Assembly: GCA_963800785.1 (NCBI GenBank)
Contig: CAWDCH010000019.1
Location: forward strand, 234,088-298,087
Length of the DNA: 64,000 bases
Direction of reading: 5' to 3'
Source: Vicinamibacteria bacterium
Lineage (GTDB): Bacteria > Acidobacteriota > Vicinamibacteria > Vicinamibacterales > JAENWD01
Shown: positions 36,448 through 47,243 of the stretch, one piece after another
Layout: every line of letters begins with the position of its first letter
Numbering within the stretch: position 1 is the stretch's first letter
Translations under genes and position numbers: made by a program
Notes under the pieces: model-generated
What the model was told of the DNA's origin: nothing
The model's database searches: none
The model's input: only the letters and a program-made list of their open reading frames with translations

Positions 36448-38132
36448 TGGATCTCGCATTCTCGCTCGTGATGGCCGGTGCGGCCGCCACGATGCTTCTC
36501 GCCGGGGCCCAGGCGGCGCCCGATCGCGGCCAACTCGAAAAGATGGCGGCGCGTTTTGCGCCAACAGAAATCAGCGCCGACATCTCGAAGCTCCCGGACA
36601 GCGAGCGTCGAGCGTTGGCGAAGCTCGTGGCCGTGTCGCGCCTGATGGACGCGATCTTTCTCAGGCAGGTCTGGGCGGGCAATGAAGCGGTCCTGCTGAA
36701 GCTGCTGGAGGACGAAAGCGCGGAAGGGAAGGCGCGGCTTCGCTATTTTCTGATCAACAAGGGGCCGTGGTCGCGTCTCGATCACAATCGGCCATTTCTC
36801 GCAGGGGTTCCCGAGGCGAAACCGCCGGAAGCCAACTTCTATCCGGCACGCGCCGCGAAGGAGCAAGTGCAGAAGTGGTTAGCCACGTTGCCGCCGGAAG
36901 AGCGGAAGAAGGCCACCGGCTTCTTCACGACCATTCGTCGGGCCGCTCCAGGAGCGGCATCCCCATTCGTCATCGTGCCCTACAGTCTCGAATACGAGGG
37001 CGAGCTGGGACTGGCGGCAAGCCTCCTTCGAGAAGCGGCGGTGCTCACGACACAACCCACGTTGAAGAAGTACCTCGAGACGCGTGCCGATGCGTTTCTC
37101 ACGGACGACTACTATGCCAGCGACGTCGCATGGATGGAGCTCGACGCCAGTATCGAGCCGACGATCGGCCCGTACGAGGTCTACGAGGACGAGTGGTTCA
37201 ACGCCAAGGCCGGATTCGAGTCATTCATTGCCGTTCGCGACGACGCCGAGACGGCCAAGCTGGCAGCCTTTGGCGGCGAGCTGCAGGAGATCGAGGACCA
37301 TCTGCCGATCGATCCCGCGCTGCGCAATCCGAAGCTAGGCGCGCTGGCTCCAATCCGCGTCGTCAACGTCGTGTTCACGGCGGGTGAGGGCAATCGTGGC
37401 GTGCAGACGGCAGCTTACAACCTCCCAAACGACGAGCGCGTGGTCAAGGAGAAGGGCACCAAGCGCGTCATGCTGAAGAACGTGCAGGAGGCGAAGTTCT
37501 CGGTCGTCCTGCAGCCCATCGCGAAGGTCGCGCTCGCACCCGCGGATCAGCGCAACGTATCCTTCGACGCGTTTTTCACTCACATCCTCATGCACGAGCT
37601 GATGCACGGGCTGGGGCCGCACAACATCACGGTCGGCGGCCGCACAACGACCGTGCGTCAGGAGCTGAAGGAGCTTTACAGCACGATCGAAGAAGCCAAG
37701 GCCGACATCTCCGGGTTGTGGGCGCTGCAGCATCTGGTCGATCGCGGGAAGCTGCCAGCCAGTATTGCGGAGACGATGTACATAACCTTTCTGGCTTCGA
37801 CGTTCCGATCGATCCGCTTCGGCATCACGGAAGCCCACGGCCGCGGCATTGCGTTGCAGCTGAACTTCCTGATCGACCAGGGGGCGTTCGTCGTTGGGTC
37901 GGATGGCACGTTCTCAGTCAACCCCGCGAAGATGCGTGCGGGCGTCGAAACGTTGACGCGCCAAATCATGACGCTGCAAGCGAGCGGCGATTACAGGGCC
38001 GCGGCGTCCCTCGCAGCCACGGCAACGATCAGGCCGGAAGTGCAGCGCGTCCTCGACAAGCTCGCCGGCGTCCCGGTCGACATTGCCCCCCGATTCACGA
38101 CCGCGATCGCGCTCGAACAGCAGAGCCGCTAA
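36447..38132 (+). CDS. Peptidase M49 (dipeptidyl peptidase III-like), secreted
   Basis: IGPYEVYED, AYNLPND, HELMHGLG, EEAKAD; signal peptide. Confidence 0.85.
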   Translation: MDLAFSLVMAGAAATMLLAGAQAAPDRGQLEKMAARFAPTEISADISKLPDSERRALAKLVAVSRLMDAIFLRQVWAGNEAVLLKLLEDESAEGKARLRYFLINKGPWSRLDHNRPFLAGVPEAKPPEANFYPARAAKEQVQKWLATLPPEERKKATGFFTTIRRAAPGAASPFVIVPYSLEYEGELGLAASLLREAAVLTTQPTLKKYLETRADAFLTDDYYASDVAWMELDASIEPTIGPYEVYEDEWFNAKAGFESFIAVRDDAETAKLAAFGGELQEIEDHLPIDPALRNPKLGALAPIRVVNVVFTAGEGNRGVQTAAYNLPNDERVVKEKGTKRVMLKNVQEAKFSVVLQPIAKVALAPADQRNVSFDAFFTHILMHELMHGLGPHNITVGGRTTTVRQELKELYSTIEEAKADISGLWALQHLVDRGKLPASIAETMYITFLASTFRSIRFGITEAHGRGIALQLNFLIDQGAFVVGSDGTFSVNPAKMRAGVETLTRQIMTLQASGDYRAAASLAATATIRPEVQRVLDKLAGVPVDIAPRFTTAIALEQQSR

Positions 38133-39249
38133 GGGCGTCCGCGGCGCTGAGACGCGAGCTGCGCAAGGCGGCAGCCCTGCGCTGGGTTGGTGGCTCAGCG
38201 CGGCGCTCGTCGTGCTCGCGATCGCTCTCGCGCTAGCGACGATTCCTGCGTCGTTCGTCGAACGCGTCTACGCCCGCGGGTGGTATCCTGCGCTCCAGCC
38301 CTTCCTTACGTCGTTCTCGAGTCTCATTCCAATCGCGGTGTTCGATCTGCTGCTCGTCGCCTTGGCCGCGTTGGCGGTTGCGCGGGCCTATCGCGTCGTT
38401 CGTGCAGGGCGTGGCGAACGCTTCCGCCAATTGGCCATTGCGCTCGTCGATCTCGTCGCCACCGCATCCATCCTCTATCTCCTGTTTCTCGGCTTGTGGG
38501 GCCTCAACTACCGCCGCGTGCCGCTCGACGCGCAGCTCGACTTCGCGAAAGGGCGCGTTACGGAGGCCGCCGTCGAAGCGCTGGCGGCGCGAAGCGTTCG
38601 CGAGATCAACCGCCTTTACGCGTCGGCCCACGGCGATCCTGCGGCGGCAAGTCTTCAGTCGATTCGTGTTCGACTGGCACCGGCGTTTGCACAGGCGCAG
38701 CGGGACTTCGGCATCGGAACGTTGGCAAGGCCGGCACGTCCAAAGACGCCGCTCATCTCGCCGTTTTTCCGTTGGGCCACTGTCGACGGGATGGTGAATC
38801 CGTTCGGCCTCGAGGTGTTGATCAATCCTGACGTGTTGCCGATCGAGCGCCCCTTCGTCGTCGCGCACGAGTGGGGCCACATCGCCGGGTGGGCGCGCGA
38901 AGGCGAGGCCGGCTACATCGGCTGGCTGACCTGCATGCGCGGCGACGATGCCGCTCGCTACAGCGCCTGGGTGTCGCTCTATCTCCATCTCAGAGGCGAT
39001 GTGTCCCCGTCCGTGCGTGAGCGTCTCGACCGTGGGTTGGCAGCGGGACCGCTCCGCGACTTTTCCGACATCCGCGAGCGGCTCGAGCGTGGACGTCCGA
39101 CCATTCAGCGCGTAAGTTGGCGCGCGTACGACACCTTCTTGAAGGCCAACCGTGTGGACCAAGGCATCCGGAGCTACGACGAGATCGTGTCGCTCGTCGT
39201 CGGTGTCGCGACCGATGCTGATGGAAAGCCGCGTCGCCGTGGCGAGTAG
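38083..39249 (+). CDS. DUF3810-like membrane zinc-metallopeptidase protein
   Basis: WGLNYRR, NPFGLE, AHEWGH..G.AREGEA; start uncertain. Confidence 0.75.
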   Translation: MPPDSRPRSRSNSRAAKGVRGAETRAAQGGSPALGWWLSAALVVLAIALALATIPASFVERVYARGWYPALQPFLTSFSSLIPIAVFDLLLVALAALAVARAYRVVRAGRGERFRQLAIALVDLVATASILYLLFLGLWGLNYRRVPLDAQLDFAKGRVTEAAVEALAARSVREINRLYASAHGDPAAASLQSIRVRLAPAFAQAQRDFGIGTLARPARPKTPLISPFFRWATVDGMVNPFGLEVLINPDVLPIERPFVVAHEWGHIAGWAREGEAGYIGWLTCMRGDDAARYSAWVSLYLHLRGDVSPSVRERLDRGLAAGPLRDFSDIRERLERGRPTIQRVSWRAYDTFLKANRVDQGIRSYDEIVSLVVGVATDADGKPRRRGE

Positions 39250-39284
39250 AACGCCTGCGATGGTGTTCGCCGTTTTACTGAAAG

Positions 39285-39325
39285 GATCAGTCACGGATTA
39301 CACGGACGGCCACGGATAGATCGGG
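39285..39325. repeat. Solo partial copy of the TCACGGA-motif repeat
   Basis: GGATCAGTCACGGATTACACGGACGGCCACGGA matches the left arm of the 42877-44060 array unit. Confidence 0.65.
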
Positions 39326-39529
39326 GCCAAGACCACTGATGCCGATCGCGGCTCGTGACCCCTGAGGCGCGGCACCGTGCCGCCCGGCAGGGATGGGACG
39401 GCCTGCGGGAGGGCCGATCACGGTAATGAGCAGCGGCTCTCCCTCGGGTCGTCCCCTTCGCTCCGCCGGCCGCATGCGGCCCGCCCTCATGGACACAAGC
39501 CGCAAGAGCCTCAGGCAAGGATTCGCGCC

Positions 39530-40494
<965 letters not shown>

Positions 40495-40660
40495 CTAGTG
40501 GCCTGTATCCGCTGAATCAGGTGTGTCTTTCGGGCGGGGCATCCGGGCTGCCTGCGTTGCTCCTCCCTCAAATACTGCCGGTATTCTCGGTCGTCGCGCC
40601 TTGCCAGCCGGGCGCCGCGCTCCGAAAGCCACTACCGATTCAGTGAATACAGGCCACTAG
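40495..40660. mobile_element. MITE with IS630-type ends
   Basis: CTAG-TGGCCTGTATCCGCTGAATC ... GATTCAGTGAATACAGGCCA-CTAG (18/20 inverted repeat), no transposase. Confidence 0.8.
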
Positions 40661-41766
40661 TGGCTTGTACTAACGAGTTGTAAATCATATGATGGCGCAT
40701 GCCATCGACATCGCTTGTGCTGACGACCGACCAACGAGCCGACCTCGAAGCGCGCGTGCGATCGGGACGCGGTCGTGCGGATGCGGCGCGACGAGCGCGG
40801 GTCATTCTGCTGCTGGCCGAGGGCTGCAGCTACGCCGCGATCGCCACGATGACCGGATGCAGTTCGCGGACGATTGCCCTGTGGAAGCAGCGCTTCGCGA
40901 CGGACGGTCTGGCGGGATTGGCAGCGCGCCATCGCGGCTCGAAGCCCACCGTGCTGACGCCGGCCCTGGAAGCACGCATCATGCCGTGGACGCGACGCCC
41001 GCCGCCGCATGGCGCCACACACTGGTCCACGCGGTCGCTCGGCCGCAAGTTGGGCGTGCAACACACGGTGATCGCGCGCGCCTGGCGCCACGCCGGCCTG
41101 CAGCCCCATCGACTCGAGCGGTATATGCGGTCGACCGACCCCGCATTCGAGACGAAGGCCGCGGAGGTGATCGGCTTGTACCTCGACCCGCCGCAGCACG
41201 CCGTGGTGTTCTGCATCGACGAGAAGACGGCGATTCAAGCGCTCGATCGGCTGGACCCGGTCCTGCCGTTGTCGCCAGGACGCGCGGAGCGGCACGGCTT
41301 CGAGTACTACCGACACGGGACGCTGTCGCTCTATGCGGCGCTGAACACACGAACGGGCGAAGTGGTGGGCCATACCGCGGCTCGTCACACGCGCGCGGAA
41401 TTCGTCGGCTTCCTGCAGGCCGTCGTCGAGACACAGCCTCGACGCCGCGAGATCCACATCCTCGTGGACAATCTGTCGGCCCACAAAACGCCGCAGGTCC
41501 GGACCTTCTTGGTGGCGCATCCGTCCGTCCATCTCCACTACACGCCGACCTATTCGTCCTGGCTGAATCAAGTCGAACTCTGGTTCTCCAAGATCGAGCG
41601 CGATGTCACGCGAGGCATTTTCACCTCCGTCCCCGACCTGCGCCGCAAGCTGATGCGCTACATCAAGCATTACAACAAGACGGCGACGCCCATCCGATGG
41701 TCCTATGCCGACCCCATGCGGAGAATCGCATGACCGCTGTACAACTCGTTAAGTACGGTCCACTAG
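40657..41766 (+). mobile_element. IS630 family insertion sequence
   Basis: CTAG-TGGCTTGTACTAACGAGTTGTA ... TACAACTCGTTAAGTACGGTCCA-CTAG terminal IRs around an intact transposase. Confidence 0.92.
40699..41733 (+). CDS. IS630 transposase
   Basis: HTH N-terminus, CIDEKTAIQAL, YYRHGTLSL, DNLSAHK, PTYSSWLNQVELWF; promoter TTGTAC-17-TATGAT in the left end. Confidence 0.95.
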   Translation: MPSTSLVLTTDQRADLEARVRSGRGRADAARRARVILLLAEGCSYAAIATMTGCSSRTIALWKQRFATDGLAGLAARHRGSKPTVLTPALEARIMPWTRRPPPHGATHWSTRSLGRKLGVQHTVIARAWRHAGLQPHRLERYMRSTDPAFETKAAEVIGLYLDPPQHAVVFCIDEKTAIQALDRLDPVLPLSPGRAERHGFEYYRHGTLSLYAALNTRTGEVVGHTAARHTRAEFVGFLQAVVETQPRRREIHILVDNLSAHKTPQVRTFLVAHPSVHLHYTPTYSSWLNQVELWFSKIERDVTRGIFTSVPDLRRKLMRYIKHYNKTATPIRWSYADPMRRIA

Positions 41767-41926
41767 TCCCCGGTCGCCCGCCGTCGATCGCGGACGCAGG
41801 GAACTGAAGGATTTCACGAAGGTTCAGGCGCCGGGGACAATTTTCGCGCGTTGGCGAGCCACTAGCCGTCATCATTCGCGGCTATGGTGCTTCATAACGC
41901 AAAGTGAATGCGTCATCATGCCATTG

Positions 41927-41957
41927 TTGCAATCATGAGCACTCATGCTGTTATAAT
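41927..41957 (+). promoter_or_regulatory. Extended -10 promoter with a palindromic operator candidate
   Basis: TGTTATAAT (41949-41957); CATGAGCACTCATG palindrome at 41934-41947. Confidence 0.5.
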
Positions 41958-42105
41958 GGCCCCGCTCGCTGCTTCACCCGTGACATTCCAGTTACGCAGT
42001 TGTCGTCAAGTCGAGCGCGCGATGTGGATATCGTGGGGGCATGCGCACCCGTTACGGTCGTCGCACCGTAAATCGCGTGAGCCCGAGCGAGGAAGGCAGG
42101 CGGTC

Positions 42106-42846
42106 ATGATCGGGGATGACAGGGATTTCAAGACGTCGGACGGTGCGGCGGCGGAGCTGGTGGTGGATCACGTCCGCGGCCAGATCGAGCGGGCCGAATT
42201 GAAGCCCGGCGATCGACTCCCGCCGGAGCGTGAGCTCGCCCTGCGGATCGGCGTCAGCCGCCCGAGCGTTCGCGCTGGCCTGCGGTCGCTCTCGGCGATG
42301 GGGGTGGTGCAGACCCGTCACGGCTCCGGGACGTATATCGCTGACGGCCCTCCGCAGCTGGACAGCCGTCCGCTGAGCCTGCTGGCTGCGCTCCACGGGT
42401 TCACCACCGAGCAGATGTACGAAGCGCGTCGCGTCCTGGAGGTGGGCGTCGCCGGCCTCGCCGCGGAGCGCGCCACGGGCGAGCAGATTGCGGCGATGGC
42501 AGAGGAAGTGACGGGCATGTTCGCGTCAGTCGAGGACCAGCAGACCTTTCTGATGCACGACATCCGGTTCCATCGCGCCGTGGCGATGGCGTCGGGCAAC
42601 CCCATCCTGGCGACGCTCGTCGAGATGGTCTCGTCGCTCTACTTCGAGCATCGGCGGCGGACCATGCCGCGCGGTCGCGACCTGCGTGAGACGGCGGCGA
42701 TTCACCGCAACATCTATCACGCGGTGCGCGCCCACGATGCGAATCGGGCTCGCCGCGAGATGAGCGTCCACCTGCCGCGCCCGCAGCGCTTGTCGCAGAC
42801 CGATGCGCGCGCGGCGGTGACGGTCGTTGCGAACTTCGCACGGTAG
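42106..42846 (+). CDS. GntR/FadR family regulator (FCD domain)
   Basis: LKPGDRLPPERELA..GVSRPSVR, EARRVLE, DIRFHRAVA.ASGN. Confidence 0.93.
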   Translation: MIGDDRDFKTSDGAAAELVVDHVRGQIERAELKPGDRLPPERELALRIGVSRPSVRAGLRSLSAMGVVQTRHGSGTYIADGPPQLDSRPLSLLAALHGFTTEQMYEARRVLEVGVAGLAAERATGEQIAAMAEEVTGMFASVEDQQTFLMHDIRFHRAVAMASGNPILATLVEMVSSLYFEHRRRTMPRGRDLRETAAIHRNIYHAVRAHDANRARREMSVHLPRPQRLSQTDARAAVTVVANFAR

Positions 42847-42876
42847 TCGTCGCAGTCACGGCCCGACAGCGATCGG

Positions 42877-44060
42877 GTCACCGATCAACAAGGTCACGCA
42901 TCAACGCGGATCGGATCGGTCGCGGATCACGCGGACAAGCGCGGAAAACAGACACTTTTTAGAAAGCCCGTGGTATCCGTGTGATTCCCCGACCAGGTCT
43001 TGTCTGTGTCGATCAGTGACCTGGATCCGTGTTCAATCGCGAAGGAACGGGGATCCCACGCAATCACCGCTCGGTGTCACGGATCAACAAGTCACGGATC
43101 AGCACGGATTAGATCAGTCACGGATCACGCGGACAGGCACGGAAGACAAACACTTTTGGAAGGTCCGTGGTATCCGTGTGATTCCGCGACCAGGTCTTGT
43201 CTGTGTCGATCAGTGACCTGGATCCGTGCCCGATCGCGAAAGAACGGGGATCCCACGCAATCACCGCTCGGCGTCACGGATTGACAAGTCACGGATCAGC
43301 ACGGATCAGATCAGTCACGGATCACGCGGACAGGCGCGGAAGACAAACACTTTTTGGAAGGTCCGTGGTATCCGTGTGATTCCGCGACCAGGTCTTGTCT
43401 GTATCGATCAGTGACCTGGATCCGTGCCCGATCGCGAATGAACGGGGACCTCACGCAATCACCGCTCGACGTCACGGATCAACAAGTCACGGATCAACAC
43501 GGATCAGATCAGTCACGGATCACGCGGACAGGCGCGGAAGACAAACACTTTTTAGAAGGTCCGTGGTATCAGTGTGATTCGGTGACCAGGTCTTTGTGTA
43601 TCGATCGGTGACCTGGATCCGTGCCCGATCGCGGAGGAACGGCGATTCCACGCAATCACCGCTCGGCGTCACGGATCAACAAGTCACGGATTAGCACGGA
43701 TCGGATCAGTCACGGATCACGCGGACAAGCGCAGAAAACAGACACTTTTTAGAGTCCGTGGTATCCGTGTGATTCCGCGACCAGGTCTTGTCTGTGTCGA
43801 TCAGTGACCTGGATCCGTGCCCGATCGCGAAGGAACGGGGACCTCACGCAATCACCGCTCGGCGTCACGGATAAACCAGTCACGGATTAGCACGGATCGG
43901 ATCAGTCACGGCTCACGCGGACAAGCGCGGAAGACCAACAGTTTTTAGGAAGTCCGTGTAATCCGTGTGATTCCGCGACGAGGTCTTGTCTGTGTCGATC
44001 CGTGACCTGGGTCTGTGACCGATCGCGGGGGAACGACGACCGCACGCACGCGGGCTCCGT
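42877..44060. repeat. Tandem array of six ~197-bp hairpin-forming units
   Basis: Units start at about 42877, 43076, 43273, 43471, 43668 and 43864; each has CACGGA-rich and TCCGTG-rich complementary arms. Confidence 0.95.
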
Positions 44061-44088
44061 GACCGGCATCCGTGGCGGTGGCGGCGGT

Positions 44089-44313
44089 CTAGTTCAGTGA
44101 GCAGGCACCGGGTCCGCGCGGATCACCACACGTCCCGCACGGACCGGCGGCTGACTGCGTAGCCGCACGTCCGTTCGAGCTGACGGCGAACGTTGAAAAC
44201 GCGCGCTCGAGGCTCGTCCCGTGGCAGGTGGGGCACTCAGGTGTGGCCTGTCCGCGCACGATCACCTCGAAGCGGGCTCCGCACTCCCGGCAGTTGTACT
44301 CGTAGATTGGCAC
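44089..44313 (-). CDS. FmdB family zinc-ribbon protein
   Basis: [12 protein letters not shown]...CPTC...LERAFS...CGTCG; GTG start 6 nt after TATACT. Confidence 0.9.
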   Translation of the reverse strand: MPIYEYNCRECGARFEVIVRGQATPECPTCHGTSLERAFSTFAVSSNGRAATQSAAGPCGTCGDPRGPGACSLN

Positions 44314-44412
44314 GAATTGAGTATACCTGGCACGCGCAGTCGATGCGATTTTTTGTCGACGCGCGGGGCAATGCGCCCGGCCCGGGCGCATTCCCCTGCG
44401 TATACTGGTGAG

Positions 44413-46251
44413 ATGCCCTCATCCTCGAAGACCCGTCCAGGTATCGCCAACCCCCGCCTCCGCAACGTCGCGATCGTGGCGCATGTCGACCACGGCAAGA
44501 CGACGCTCGTCGACGCGATGCTGCACCAGAGCGGGATCTTCCGTGCGAACGAGCGGGTGGTCGAGCGGGTCATGGACAGCAACGAGCTCGAGCGCGAACG
44601 CGGGATCACAATCCTCGCCAAGAACACCGCCGTTCACTACCAGGACCTGCTGATCAACATCGTCGATACGCCAGGACACGCCGATTTCGGCGGGGAAGTC
44701 GAGCGAACGTTGGCTATGGTCGATGGGATTGTGCTGCTGGTAGACGCATCGGAGGGGCCGTTGCCCCAGACCCGATTCGTGCTGCGCAAGGGGTTGGAGC
44801 GGGGGCTGTCTCCGGTCGTGGTCATCAACAAAATCGACCGTCCGGATGCGCGTAGCCGACAAGTGCTGGACGAGGTCTACGATCTCTTCATCGACCTCGA
44901 TGCCACCGAGGATCAGATCGAGTTCCCGGTCCTGTACACGAGCGCGCGCGCCGGAACGTCCTCGAACGAACTCGATACGCCTGGCACTGATCTGCGGCCG
45001 CTCTTCGACGCCATCGTTGACCATGTCCCGCCGCCGCGCGGCAATGCTGACGCGCCCCTGCAGCTGCTGGTCACAAACCTCGACTCGAGCGACTACCTTG
45101 GACGCATCGCCATTGGCCGGATCTTCAACGGCCGCGTGAGCGTCGGGGATCAGGTCGCGGTGCTCAAGCTCGATGGGCGTCAGCAGGAGACCAAAGTCAC
45201 GAAGCTCTTCGCGTTTGAAGGGTTGAAGCGTGTAGACATTGCGTCCGCGGCCGCGGGCGACATCGTCAGCCTGGCCGGCATCGAGGACATCACGATTGGT
45301 GAAACCGTGGCCGATGCCGAGAATCGCGTGGCGATTCCCCCGATCGCCGTGGACGAGCCGACGGTGTCGATGATCTTCGGTGTCAACACGTCGCCGAAGT
45401 CGGGGCGCGACGGCCAATTCGTCACGTCGCGCAATTTGCGCGATCGGCTGACGCGTGAGCTGCTCGGCAATGTATCGCTGCGAGTCGAGGACACCGAAAC
45501 GCCCGAACAGCTGAAGGTGGTCGGCCGCGGCGAGTTGCAGCTCTCGATTCTAATCGAGATGATGCGCCGCGAAGGCTACGAGCTGCAGGTTTCGCGTCCC
45601 GAGATCGTGACGAAGGAGATCGACGGCGTACGCATGGAGCCGGTCGAGGACCTCGTCATCGATGTGCCCGAGGAGTTCCAGGGTATCGTGATCGCGCAGC
45701 TCGGCACGCGAAAGGGCGTGATGACCAAGATGGTCAATCATGGCAGCGGTCGCGTGCGCCTCGAGTTCCGGATCCCGGCCCGCGGCCTGATCGGCTTCCG
45801 GTCGCAATTCTTGACGGACACGAAGGGGACCGGGATCATGAACCACCTGTTTGCCGGATGGGATCCGTGGCACGGCCCGATTCCCGCGCGCGGGGCCGGC
45901 GCGCTCGTCGCGGATCGGCCGGGCGCCGCGACGGCGTTCGCCATTTCGAATCTGCAGGAGCGCGGCGAGATCTTCATCGAGCCGCAGACCGATGTCTACG
46001 AAGGCATGATCATCGGCGAGAACGCTCGTCCGAGCGACATGGACGTCAACGTCACAAAGGAAAAGAAGCAGACGAACATGCGCGCGTCCACCGCGGACGA
46101 GGCCATCAGGTTGATCCCGCCGCGCAAGCTGGGTCTGGAACAGGCGATCGAGTTCATCAACGACGACGAGCTCGTCGAAGTGACGCCGAAGACCATCCGG
46201 TTGCGAAAGAAGATTCTGGCGGCCAATCAACGCCCGCGACGCTCGGACTAG
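44413..46251 (+). CDS. typA: Translational GTPase TypA/BipA
   Basis: [53 protein letters not shown]. Confidence 0.98.
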   Translation: MPSSSKTRPGIANPRLRNVAIVAHVDHGKTTLVDAMLHQSGIFRANERVVERVMDSNELERERGITILAKNTAVHYQDLLINIVDTPGHADFGGEVERTLAMVDGIVLLVDASEGPLPQTRFVLRKGLERGLSPVVVINKIDRPDARSRQVLDEVYDLFIDLDATEDQIEFPVLYTSARAGTSSNELDTPGTDLRPLFDAIVDHVPPPRGNADAPLQLLVTNLDSSDYLGRIAIGRIFNGRVSVGDQVAVLKLDGRQQETKVTKLFAFEGLKRVDIASAAAGDIVSLAGIEDITIGETVADAENRVAIPPIAVDEPTVSMIFGVNTSPKSGRDGQFVTSRNLRDRLTRELLGNVSLRVEDTETPEQLKVVGRGELQLSILIEMMRREGYELQVSRPEIVTKEIDGVRMEPVEDLVIDVPEEFQGIVIAQLGTRKGVMTKMVNHGSGRVRLEFRIPARGLIGFRSQFLTDTKGTGIMNHLFAGWDPWHGPIPARGAGALVADRPGAATAFAISNLQERGEIFIEPQTDVYEGMIIGENARPSDMDVNVTKEKKQTNMRASTADEAIRLIPPRKLGLEQAIEFINDDELVEVTPKTIRLRKKILAANQRPRRSD

Positions 46252-46254
46252 GAT

Positions 46255-46327
46255 GAATCCGCAATCGACAAGCGGCAGGCCCAATCCGCAATCAATCCGC
46301 AATCCGCAATCCACAATCCGCAATTGA
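46255..46327. repeat. ATCCGCA heptamer module
   Basis: AATCCGCAATCGACAAG...AATCCGCAATCAATCCGCAATCCGCAATCCACAATCCGCAATTGA. Confidence 0.85.
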
Positions 46328-46339
46328 TATGATTCGCTG

Positions 46340-47194
46340 ATGTGGCGACAGCGAACAGGGTCCACCGTGTGCCCGGGCTGCGGCTCCCTCGTCGGCGTCA
46401 ACGACGAGACCTGCTACAACTGCGGCCGTCGTAATCCCGCCCTCTGGGGATTCGCGCCGGCGCTCCGCCGCCTCGGGCAGGACCTGGGCTTCGCGCAGTT
46501 CGTGATCGTCGCGTCGGTGGGTCTTTATCTTGCTGGCCTGGCCGCCTCTGATGACCCGATGGGTGGCGGCGGGCTTTCGATCCTCTCACCCGACATCCGC
46601 GCCCTCTTCCTCTTCGGTGGCAGCGGCGCCGTGCCGGTCTTCGAGCTCGGTCGCTGGTGGACGATCTTCTCGGCCGGCTGGCTGCACGCTGGACTGCTGC
46701 ACATCTTCTTCAACATGCTGTGGGTGCGCCAGCTGGCGCCGGCCGTGGCCGACCTCTTCGGCGCCGGCCGGATGATGATCATCTACACGGTTGGCGGCGC
46801 GACGGGCTTCCTCCTGAGCTCGCTCGCCGGGCACTACCTCGGCGACATTCCGCTGCTCGGCGCGGGCCAGTTCACCGTCGGTGCCTCGGCACCCATTTTC
46901 GGGCTCCTAGGCGCGCTGGTGCACTACGGTCGTCGCACCGGCAGCTCGATGATCCGCGCCGAGGCCATGCGGTACGCCGTGATCATGTTCGTGTTCGGAT
47001 TTCTCATGCGCGGAGTGGACAACTACGCGCATGCCGGAGGGTTTCTTGGCGGATGGGTTGCGTCGCTCTGGCTCGACCCGATGACGCGCGAGCGCGTCGA
47101 TCACCTGATCGCCGGCCTCGGCTGCATCCTGCTGACCGCGGTCGCCGTGACCTGGTCAATCGTCACCGGCCTCTCCCTGCTGGATGGGCGCTGA
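46340..47194 (+). CDS. Rhomboid family intramembrane serine protease with N-terminal zinc ribbon
   Basis: CPGC/CYNC, WLHAGLLHIFFNM, GASA, AHAGGFLGG. Confidence 0.9.
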   Translation: MWRQRTGSTVCPGCGSLVGVNDETCYNCGRRNPALWGFAPALRRLGQDLGFAQFVIVASVGLYLAGLAASDDPMGGGGLSILSPDIRALFLFGGSGAVPVFELGRWWTIFSAGWLHAGLLHIFFNMLWVRQLAPAVADLFGAGRMMIIYTVGGATGFLLSSLAGHYLGDIPLLGAGQFTVGASAPIFGLLGALVHYGRRTGSSMIRAEAMRYAVIMFVFGFLMRGVDNYAHAGGFLGGWVASLWLDPMTRERVDHLIAGLGCILLTAVAVTWSIVTGLSLLDGR

Positions 47195-47243
47195 TTCATG
47201 CCGTAACTAGGCGACCGTCATGCCTTGGAGTTATGCTTCAAGC

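Noticed and set aside
39361-39515. Segment bounded by the CCTGAGGC/GCCTCAGG inverted repeat as a MITE
   Set aside because: Only an 8-bp IR, no clear target duplication and no second copy in the window.
42877-44060. CRISPR array or repeat-protein CDS interpretation of the 197-bp array
   Set aside because: Whole units are near-identical (no unique spacers), no cas genes are present, the period is not a constant multiple of 3, and the short MSVSISDLDPC ORFs are by-products of the repeat.
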